64,000 nt of DNA from NCBI GenBank assembly GCA_040954595.2, contig CM082582.2:13366327-13430326 (forward strand). Reading direction: 5' to 3'. Made by a program: the position numbers and the translations under genes. This DNA comes from Balanoglossus misakiensis (taxonomy: Eukaryota > Animalia > Hemichordata). Below, one piece after another: positions 12,218 through 24,200 of this stretch. Every line of letters starts with the position of its first letter. Position 1 is the first letter of the stretch. The notes under the pieces were generated by a model that was given only the letters and a program-made list of their open reading frames with translations, ran no database searches and was not told the DNA's origin.

Positions 12218-15200
12218 ATGGGGTGCACAATGAGCGCCGAGGAACGCGCGGCCGTCGAGAGGAGCCGGCAAATTGAGAAGAATCTAAAAGAAGACGGAAT
12301 TAACGCGGCCAAAGACATCAAGCTACTCCTACTAGGTGAGCGACTGTAAATTGCAAGAGAAAAAAATTTCCATTCTTTGAATGACTGACTAACTGTCTTC
12401 TTGGTGACCCCGGTAAATTGAGGGAAAACAGTCCGACGTCACTGCCGTAGCGTGCTATCTACGGGGAATACTGTAAGCGCCCGTATATATTCAACTGGCG
12501 ACCATATTGGAATCGAAATCATGTCGACTGAACTGTTTGCCTATCGTGTGTCACTAGAGCTGTTTAATAAGGAAATTTCAGATGTTTTTATTTCTCATTT
12601 TTTCAGGTGCCGGCGAATCCGGCAAGAGCACCATCGTGAAACAAATGAAGTGAGTATATTTGCGTCACTGATACACAATCCCTTCAAATATATAAATAAA
12701 GAGCAAATAACATTTTGTATTATTTCCAGGTGGGGCCCCAGTAATAATAATTCTACTATCTCGAGGTTTATATATTAATTTCATGATGTATGTATTTTTA
12801 GTCGAATAAGACAATCCAGCGTTTCACTGAAAACCCTGTGTGGTGGATAACTGATGTTGTCACATTTACAATAAAATTATTTAACCGATTCATCGCCTGA
12901 AGGGTTTCTATCATACGTATAGTGCGATATACGTATATTTCGCTTCTGTAAATGTTTGGACATGAAAGTGATTTGGATTTTTGTTGAAATATAGCGCTGT
13001 AACTATTCTGTTTTTCGGGTACTTTATTATTGACAGGATTATACACGAAGACGGATTTACGATCGAGGATTTGAAACAATATAAGCCGGTTGTCTTCAGT
13101 AATACGCTACAGTCAATGGTGGCTATGTTGCGTGCCATGGAAACACTGAAGGTTGAATATGGCGATCAGGAAAGAGAGGTCAGTGCATAGCCAAACTCCG
13201 CATAACATTATCATCATAATTGTCTTCTTAGTCTCACCATCTTTTTTATCCAGATAAAATGCGGCCACGAAAAACACATAATGATTTGATGTTTGGGTGA
13301 TTTCTTTATTTTGCAACATGGTACTAATTGGTCGCATTTTAACATGCGATATAACAACACCCCGATAAGAATTTGCCTATAGACCCAGACTGCCGCGTAT
13401 TTCGGTAGCAGCCCTAGTGTTAGATCTTAAGAAAATATGTACACTATGACGTCAGCTGTCGTGAAAAATGAGCGTGTCTGTTGAGTATGAAGCGTTTTGT
13501 TACGTAATATTAAATCTATTAATTTTAACCGGATAATGGTTTTATGCCGCTGATATCACGCATTGTGCGTTTCTTTGTTTAATCCAGCTCATTATATTTA
13601 ATATTGTTTTTCTTCATTTTTCATCGCTGGAATTATACAGCCTGATACTAAAATAATAAGAAAAATAAACGCGTTACTTTGCTGGGGGAAATAATATTTT
13701 TGTACATAATAGCAGCTAACCCGGCGCAATGGTAGAGTCGTTTTGCTGACGGAACCCCTCGGGGGCCCCGCACAACGCGAAATAAGCTGGCGCGTTAATA
13801 GAACTAGCGTGACTGTGTATGTGTGTGTCTACACGGCGACCCTGAAAGAAAAAATCACCTTTTCCCTCTCCCTTTCCCGGTCACATGAAGCAAGCGCCGT
13901 AGTTCCGAAACGGGAATAGAAATCTCGCGATATCAACCCCCGAAAATGACGTCCTCTCATTCAACAAGGCCCCTACATGGTAAACCTTTCATGGCCTGTA
14001 TGAAAAAAAACCTGCAACCTGAAACTCATGGCAACCGTACACCCTCCTGTCATACAGCCACACGGACCTTCAAATCCCCAAACCCCGCACACCGAACGAG
14101 ACGTTAATTCATAGCGTTTCTTCACTGGAGTCAATCTGATATTTCCAGTGACCTCTACCACCTTAACAGAAAACACACAGACTAATAATATTATTATTAT
14201 CACGTTAGCGCAGGATTAGACAGAGCCTAGAGTGAACATTTATTATATAAATTTATGTCAGTTATATTTAAATCGCGGAGCTCTAATGCAAAGTGAGCTC
14301 GCGATGGCAGTATTACCCGCAGTATTTCCTCAATGCAACTCCATAAGAAGAAGAAAAAGGCCAATAAAATGACAAGATTTTAACGACAATCAAATTATAA
14401 AAGAGCAATTGTGGGCTTGTTCCAAAACGTTTTCAATAATTTACAATTTGTCAAAACATGCCTATTGTACTGATTTTCAATCTCAATGAAATCTCCCCAT
14501 ATCAGGATGTCGTCGACGATACTTTCAACAGTACGTGTATTATAGTCTTCTGAAGAGATCCATTTTTTGATCATATAATGCTTATCGTCGTTATTGTACG
14601 CGTTCATTTCAAACATAGAAATGACTGTGAAAAGGAGACAGTTCAATAACGTTCAACCAAACTTATTATTACGTGGAGAATTAAAGATTTCCGTTTTTAC
14701 CGTCGCTTTGAAACGTCCCCATTTCTGAAGATTTGTCTATAATCCGTTCGTAACAACAACAAATACGTGAGAAGCTGATAAACTCGACAAAAATGTCCAT
14801 GTGTTCTACCATCAGAATTACGTTTTCGAAAAGCCACCTTTTGACACCGTCTTTTGTTCCATTTATAGGTCAACAGATGGGGCCTATATCTTTCTCATAG
14901 TATGCAAATGTCACAACAGTTGTAGAACATTTCTGACTCGCGTATTAGCATTTCATATAAATTCGAACCACAATTTGAAAAGAAATATTCCAATGAGGAC
15001 AATAACGGCCGATGGTTTTACAGTTTCGCATGAGTTTTGGCAAATCCAGGCCGCCTGTATCCGGACTACGCGTGTGGTGGTTTTCGTGTGTAGAAATGAT
15101 GGGGCGGATTGATTTAAGCAACCTGCCTGCAACTTTTGCTCTATTTTCACACTTTTGCATTCAAACTATAAATGTACTGACTGAGCATTGCGTATATGCG

Positions 15201-18200
15201 TACCCGGGTGTTATTCATCTCTGACTGCGACTGTTCGCGCAAGTTTAGAAAAAAGACAACTAATAAATAGGCGTCCAAAGAACAAACCAATGAGTCTGGA
15301 ATTTATCGCAAACAATGGCGACCTCTACAAACTTTATTTTCTTCCCGACTTTCTTCACAGAATGTCGGGAAAGCTACAAGCAGATATGTGTCTTCAAGTT
15401 GCGCGGAACCGATGACACACCCTTATTATGCTATAATTAGTTTGAAAATATTGTTCGCCGCCTTCTTGTTGATGCAACAATCAATTTGAGTGCTAATTAT
15501 TCATCAGAAATGTCCTACGTCTGTTGTGACACCTGCTTTCTAGTCAAGCATGTAAATCAATAACCGCTGGCGACGAGTTGCGACAGGCCGCCGTTAAGTT
15601 ACGATCCGTGGGTCAGGCGAGGCACTCCGTGGATAATGGCGGACATACAGCACACCGGTTAAAACACATATCTGCAGACTTTTGATTTACGTCCAGCTTT
15701 TTTAGTCCAAAATTGAATCCTTCTATGCCGACAGTAAAACTCAGAGGGTCACGTGTCAAAATATGCATTTCATGACTATTCAGTATGAAGGAAAAATGAT
15801 ACTGGTAAGGGCACATATATAAAAAATACAGCGCAAATATATGGATGTGCTATATAACGCTTCGGATGAGATCATTCGTTTCCAAGGCAACGCGGCTAAT
15901 TGCACGCCGCCTTTCCAAGCCGCCATTTTTTCTGTCACCCGGTACGCATGATGCTTATCAAAGATACAAAAATAATACCAAACACTGGAATAAAATTCCA
16001 GGAAATAATTCAATGTCAAAATGTCTATATATAGCGCATTGGTTGCAATATTCTCAATTCTCAATGGTGCCACCATACTGTGTTTATGACTGGTTTTAGA
16101 AGGCTATTTTCGGCTGGCGTACGAGGCCTCCTTTGTACGGTGGCGTATTTGTCTAGATTAGTCAATGCTGTCAAAATTGTTAAAATATTAAAATCACAAA
16201 GGGCAGCAATTGGAAAGCCCAAAATGACGTTTTAAAATAGCCTTTTCATGCAAACAGATGTTTGACAAATTGTCACGAATCGGCATGCAATGTTCTCATC
16301 CCACGGTCGCTTGAATCTTCCCCTGAACACAATAAACATCCACGTGTATCATAAGACCCGATTTTTCCACACATATCAAAATCCAATCATACGTCGATAA
16401 GGGTTACCACGGGGTCTCTTGTGTTTTGCCATTTCAAGGAAAATCGATAAATCTTTCATACGCGATGACGTCATTGAAGGTAATGTGCTGGCAGGGTCGT
16501 GCTTTTCCAGTGTTCATTCTGAAGACGTCTCGTACGTCAGTATTCTGCGTTTTGTGGTTTGTGTTCGGAATATATCGTTTTGGCGAGACCCAGAGTGGTC
16601 TTTGCGCTCCATACTTCCGTTCGTGAATCCGGAAGTGTCTCCCCGGAAGTGACGAAAGGCAAGGTTGTCTGAGATCGAGACTAAGAGCAGTGGCTGTAAT
16701 AATTTTTCTGTTTGTCAGCAAAAAGCGTATGGCCAATGGCGCTATCTTGACTAGCATGATAGGTTAATTGAAATCAGGACATTAGTGACTTACCTGTCTG
16801 TCTATATGATATATATCATATAGATAGATACTTATATATCATATAGATATATACATATAGCCTATATCATACAGATAGATACATAGATAGATACATAGAT
16901 AATGTATAATTTCATTCCATATTGCAGTGATTTCGTTAAAAATGCACATTTCTGCATCTACTCTGATGTAATCCATCTCTCGCGTTTTTGCATCTTCTCG
17001 GGACGGCTTTATCCCCATCCTTGGGTTCGATTAGAAGGACCCTGTGCGGTTGCCATGTCAACAAAGACGTAATACAAGGGCTCTCTAGTCTGTATCTAGG
17101 TCGCGTACCTCGGAGAGCGTATCACCCCTCGACCGAACACTCTCAGATAAAAAAAAAATTGAATGTAAAATAGCCATTGGTGTTGAGAACAAAGAAACAC
17201 CTGAGTCCATTTTTTAAATTTTCAAATCAAAGAGAATTTCACTGGTCCGATCCTTTGAAGTTACATTTTAACATGTTTTACTCCAGATATCAGAACTTTT
17301 ATTTCTCGCCCATTAATTCCCAATATCCCGATCTAGTTTTAGTCCAACAAACGAGACAATAAGATTTGTAAAAATGAATATGAATTCAGAACCAGTCCGA
17401 AAACAAGAGAGACTGTGTGAATTTAGGGAAATTGAGATGGATTTCAAAATGAATTAACAATGAAGATTTATGGACAAAAGAAATCATCAAAGGGATGATA
17501 TCTAAATTAATGAATGAACCTATAAATGAATTATTACAGCTGTATCAATGATTGAAATAGCCATCCGCGCGATTCCATTGCGCATGCTCGGAACGAAGAT
17601 GTTCGCAACTTTGCCTTCTGTTTGTCTGCTGGCGATCGTTGAGTGAGAATTGCCGCTTTAATATCAAGATAGTGGTCTGTTCGACTAAGAGTGAATCGTG
17701 CTTACGACCATTCATGCCCAAATGTATGTTTTTAAATGTCCGTAGTAGTCAGCACTTTTTGCATCAGAATAAAAGACACCTTCGTACAAATACACGTAAC
17801 GTATGTGAGAGGAAGAATCCTGTGTTTATTGTTGGTTTTACATTTTCTGCAGCCAATTTTTGTTTGAAGCTGTCCGGCCAGTACAGTCTCGGCCGACTCC
17901 TTTCAGTTCTCGGCGCCGTCGAACGAGAATCAACTTGTCGTTTGGGCGTCTCCATCGCTCGATTTCTCTTGGGGCGATTCTGTATTTTTACTGACGTCAG
18001 AAGCGTTCGCATGATTGCAAAAATGCCATCGTCTTCGATATCATGGAGTGTCATCGCGATTCTAAGAGCTGATATATAATCGCCGGAGCCTGGAAGAGTT
18101 CGATGGGTCCGGCGGTCACGCCAGGGAGGGATATAGCGTTGAAACTGTGATGTCTTCAACCTGCACGTATACTTAATCTGTCTCTACCCACAATTCCATC

Positions 18201-21200
18201 GTCTATCACCATTAATTATAAGAGGCATTCTCGCAATTACAAGCTAATTACACCCCGCCATTTCAAGTTGTCCAACAACGACAGATGGTTCAATTATAGT
18301 CAACTTGTGATATTGTATCTGCCCTGTCGTGTGTCCCCTTTCCCACAGAACACACCTTGAATCTAAGAGTCTCCCAAGGTAAATCCGGAATGAACCTAGT
18401 TCAAATTCTGACCTCACACTTAGCGTTGGCGCCGTAGAAGTTCCTTCAGCCTCTGTCTGGAGTAAGTGGTATGGTATATAATTACATTCCGCAATGAACT
18501 TGGAGTAAAAATTGAGTTTATCAAATATAACAAAATGATCTTTTGCCACCTTGTGGAGAGATCTGAGAATTTGTTCCGCATAGGTCACTTTCTCCCATGA
18601 TAATCAGATGCCAATTTGGTGATTATATGGCCGCACAACGCCCCGTAAATTGTTACAAAATGACGTCACTCTGTGATTCGTCAAACAGGACGAGTGCAGG
18701 TGTCTACAGCGCCAGCCAATAGTTCGTCACGTGACTCCATCATTTGCGATAAGTGGCCCGTGATCCCATAACCTTGTTTCAAACTTGCTAGCTCGCTCGT
18801 TCACGCGATATTTCTTATAAGAAATTCTTGTTTCTAATAAGAATCTCATAAGATTCTCATAACTCGTGATTTCCCGGCCGCTATACGGGGAATCACTCGT
18901 CCGCGACGCAGGCACACTCGTTCGAAATACGGGGCAATTAACCCCAAAATCAACCGAATTAGTTTTCTTCGAATTTGTCGTAAAATATAGCGTGACTGGG
19001 GAAGAAATGTATCCGCGCGCAGTGACTATTTTTATCACATTTCCAAGAAAGTCGCATTTCAGACTAGGTCTGCAGCTAGAGTTCACATGTACTTTACCGT
19101 TTCGTCTAGAAATTAAACATCGTTTTTGAAAACGGGTTTGTCGAAGACGATTTTAGAAATAGGATCTCGCTATTTGATTTTGCCATGACACGTCAATTTG
19201 CTTTGAGAAAAAAATCGTAAATTTAGATCATGAAACCTATTGTTACTTTATTTCACATTATTAAATTTTTCGGCCATAGTAATTTTTCGGTCCATTAGAT
19301 AAGTTGTTAATTCACACAAAGTATCATAAGCTGTTCGTGTTAGCGCGTCATATTATTGATCAGTCAATGACGTGTTTTCGATACCGACTATAAGAACTGA
19401 AGATGCCGCTTAGCAATCGTTCTAGACTCCGCCTATAGATAAAACCTGGCGCTTTGCAAATCTAGGCTTGTCTTGCAATGGCTGGCTCATGCGTGACACG
19501 CCACCTGTACCATCACCATGATCACAGCGGTTCTTCGCGAACCTTCTAAACAATAGACCGTTTTCCGAATTCCGAACGTTGCTGCGATAGTCAATCTCGC
19601 GAGATTTCGCAATGGGTGGATTCAGCATGTTTCAGTGAGCAGAATAATAAAAAGTCCAACAAAAGAAATAATGTAAGCAGTTAGCGAATTTGTCCGTTTA
19701 TACAGGATTCTTCTCAACACAATCTCTTCTGCACAGCCTGAGGTTGACCAGCAATGGTATATAAACGCTATAGCATCAATGTGAGGCTGCAAGTCGAGTC
19801 AGATTTGCTAACACTTCGATATCGCCTTTCTGAACAGTAATGAGGTTCGTCCATGCATTTTAAACGAGGCTTCGCGACTTTTTTTCCTCCGTGTAATAAC
19901 CACAGACTATTCAATGTCCCAGGCACCCGAGACTGCAATGTTTATTGACTGGCACGCGTCTCTGCAAATCCACGTCCACCCACGCAAATTTCTGCAAAGC
20001 AAGCATCTCCATTGAGCATGCGCTCTGACATGACAACAAGTTATCACTATTGAAGATCCTTGCCATACGTTTGGATCTATTCCGCTTGAAATAACACAAC
20101 TTTAGAATATTTTTCAACTGTAGACACTGATTCTAGTTTCTCTATAAAAAGATTCCGAACAAAATTATTTTAAGGGTTTCTGGGATTTTACAAATACCGA
20201 GATCTGTTCATTTTAGAATTCTGTATAGAATCTGATTGTGTAATATGTAATACTAAAATAATGTGATCAATTTAAAATTTACTGAATACGATAGGCTTGG
20301 AAAGAATCGTCACCTCACCCCTTTTCACTACATCTCTATATAACACAACACAACACGTGAACGAAGTCAATCATCAGTTACAATTTTACTATTCCCTTTT
20401 GCATGGATTAGATTATATAGTTATAGTTAAATATACGATAGAAGTTCACTCATGCGATCGGTATGTCAAGTGTTTTCCCAATATTCCCACGATGATGCCA
20501 TGCATGGTGATGATGACCCATTTATCCCATGATGCAACTCTCCCAGTCAATCTGCGCAAGCTTTTCCGATTGATTGGTTCAATTTCTGACAGAACAGTTC
20601 AGTCGCAGTATAACCCCCTTCTTACGTCACATCGCAGCAAGAGAGTGACCTAGAAGCGTAGTGAAGGTCGTGAAATATTCTAATTTTAGAACATGGTGCT
20701 CAGAAAGTCGCCGACTGACTGGTAAATTGACCTAACGCGGTCAGTTTGATGTCAGTATATGGCCCATAAGTTACAATTGCACCTATTCTAATTTCGTGAA
20801 AAGCTTGATATATATTATTTGGTATCAACAATCAACCAAACCTCGCGAGATCTCATAATGATCGGAAAATAATATATTCCTAGTATTCTCCACCTTCCAG
20901 CAGAAAGAGTACGCATGTGTCACAATAGTTTGACATGCATGATAATTAAGAATTATCTGGCCACAAATTAGATTGGCGAACGAGAAATGGTGAATCACAA
21001 TGCACAAGTCCTCATGGGAAAGGGTTTGACCGTTAGTGCCTCATGTTTGACCCATCACATTCGTTAATTACACTCTGCGTTTGCGCGAATTAAGATCCAG
21101 CTTCCCGTAAATGACGTTATTCATCAAAGAATATCAGAGTTTGACATACTACAATAAAACGGTTTCATAAAATTATGTAGGTTTTCGGGAAATTACTTAG

Positions 21201-24200
21201 AAATAACGAAGGAAATGAATTTACAATTATGAAACTATGTAAAAGCGACTTAATTGAAATGGTAAATGTCCGAAACATTGGCATTATTGCGGTTTCTAAA
21301 TTCATATTAAGAAAATTAAATTTGAAAAGCGCATCATCCTGCACTCTGTGTAACCCAGAGGATCTGTGTTGCATTTATTTTGAAAATGGGATAATGCGGT
21401 AACAAGTAGGTCGGTTTCAGTCGGCATACCCAGTCGCAACTGTCATTTGAACTGAAATGTTCAATTCCTATGGTATCATTTACTAAGTACATAACACACA
21501 CCGCGAGCAGAACTGTACAGGTAGTCTCCATTACATTTCATAACTGATGGGAAGACAGAAACGGTGACCCAACCCATTTTCTTTGTCATGTTGACGATAT
21601 GAACAGGGAAACGAAGCATATATCTTTAGTCAGCGGTAGAGCCACTGTGAATTCTAATCTAAACACAGCGTGTACGTGTCAGCCACAGATCCCTAAAGCA
21701 AATTATCGCAGTCGAGTTTTCCGGAGAATTCTGTCAAAATGGAAACGATTTTTGCAACTGTCAATTTTTGAACTTTGCTGATTCGGATGGACCGCGTCCT
21801 ATTTCACCTGTGTTTTGAACAGTGGAAAGGTCGAAAAGCAAAGCTTCATAACAATAAGCTTACATGGCGACTGATGGTGATCGTTGTGGCAATAATCATT
21901 TGTCCCCATGGTAACTAATCATGCCAGCTTAATCACCCGTTTGATAACTAATGCGCAGATATGTGCGCTAAATGTGAAAGTTGATACACGCCCATCAATT
22001 TATTTAGCTACGCGATCTAATGTGGCCGATCGACGACAAATATAGACTTTCAAGCCAAAACAATATTTCACGAACTACTCCATCACGAAGTTGTTTGGAC
22101 AAACAGACCGATGGCATTAAGAGTCAAGGTTGTGAATGTTTACGTGGACGGAGGTGCTCTGCGTAATCATGTAATGACGTAGGACACAACAGTTCCTGGA
22201 GTTATTATAAAATTCGATACTTTCTAATCGCTCTTGTGGGATTAATGATTTTACGTTTTATAATTCGTGACACCGGGCGGAACTGCTTTCCCATTGCATT
22301 GCCCTTTGGGAAACGTGTCTCAAATGACACCAATCCTGTTTTCGTTTTTGCCAAAGTCACGATTTTCTTTTAATTGCGTCAACCTGTAGAAATCAACAAT
22401 CGACTGAACAAGGCATTTTCCTTGTTTCTAGTCGTATTCGGAATAAATCTGGAAATTGGGTCAGGTTTGCTTTGCTGTAAGTCTCTCTCCGGCCGCTTCC
22501 TGGCCAGACTTAAACCCCCAGACTTAGTTGTTGGAATCGGTAATTTGATTTGGAATCCAAGACTGAGTGATTTTCGTCTCTTTCCTTCGACAGGAAGATG
22601 CCAAAATGGTGTTCGACGTTATCGGCAGGATGGAGGATACAGAACCACCCACAGTTGAATTACGTGACGGTCTGAAGAGACTTTGGTCGGACAGCGGTGT
22701 GCAAGAAATTTACGGCAGAGCCAGAGAATACCAACTAAACGACTCCGCCAGATAGTGAGTAGACGTTTGCCATCATCGGCGTTTATGAAAATTTATTCAT
22801 TTCTGGTAAGAAAGAAAATGTAGATATTCGTTCTTTGAAGACTTCAAATCGCCAGTCTTCAAACGGAAGATCCCATAACATCAAATTGTGAGGCTTTACT
22901 CCATTAAAAGTAAAGTAAAGTAAAGTAAAGTAAAGTGAAACGAACGGTGTCCGTACTGCACGTAAGCATCTTTCGAGCAGACGTTTCTTCTGAGGCTAGT
23001 CAACGGATAATGAAATAAGTCGCGGGAGGAATCATCTATACCTGCAGTTGGGTGAGGGCAGCGCTGTTGGTTTATCTAATCTCAGACGCGTGTTACTTGT
23101 AATACCTTCGAGCCTTGTGATCGACAAAAGTCTTTGTCCGTTGGCAGATTGGAGCGAAGGTGTCAAGATACGCGCAGTGGAAAAAAATACATGTAATGGT
23201 CATGCTCCATTCAAACTCAACATTTCGCAACCTTTACAAATTCAAAAACATGTTCATAAACAATAACATATAAGCTTACTAACACTCAGATCGTAAAACT
23301 TTTGAGTTATTGGGTCATTGATCAGTCAATATATTTAACATAATGTGCAATAATGTCTTATCCCATGACATGCCACGTGTTGTGATATGGGACAGTACAT
23401 AATGTATGGATTCCTTGTAAGAACGGTTGAAAAACAAAATAGGTATAATAAAAGTGGATTGCACATAATGGAATGTTCTCTGATTCTGGTTATGGCTGCA
23501 GCAGAGGACTCACGTCGTGCAAGCTTTCTAACGACGACAGCATTAAAGTCAATTTTCTTGACTATATACGTTTTACTGTGCACACACGCTCCCGATTTAA
23601 TTTAATGGACATTCCCCAATGGAATCCGATGTCGTCGAGTTTTCCGGCCAGTAAAGGACACTGGTTTTCCATTCTGGTTCTTTTTATTGACTGATCGTAC
23701 ATCGGACTGTGTCGTCGAACATCGACATGTGAAGATTTTAATCTCCACATGCCACCTCTGTTCCAGAGTTTTTTCGCCATATATCATGACTATTTCCAAG
23801 ATTTGCCATGCACAGGAGGAATTTCGGTCATTTGTGAATTGAAGTATTGAAAGAAGTTTGAAATACCAAAGTTCACTGTGCCATTTTCTCTAGATCTTAG
23901 CCGCGTTCCTGCAGACATGCCAGCTCTAAACAGCGTAGGAAGAAGCACCTTAGAATAACAGTAGAGCTTGTAAATCTAGGGTTAGAGCCTATAATTAGCT
24001 GGGCTGCCCTAATGGAAGACCACAACACATCTTTGTCCTGAGTTTATATGAAATTGCCAGCGATGTGTATTTCTATCGAGATGACGTCATCCGACTTTAC
24101 CGGGATCAAAGAGATAGTCAGTGGTATTCTTTGCGTTGCCTGGCAACTGCCACCGATGAGACCGGTGACGTCACACTTCTGCCATCGTTTATTCGATGCA

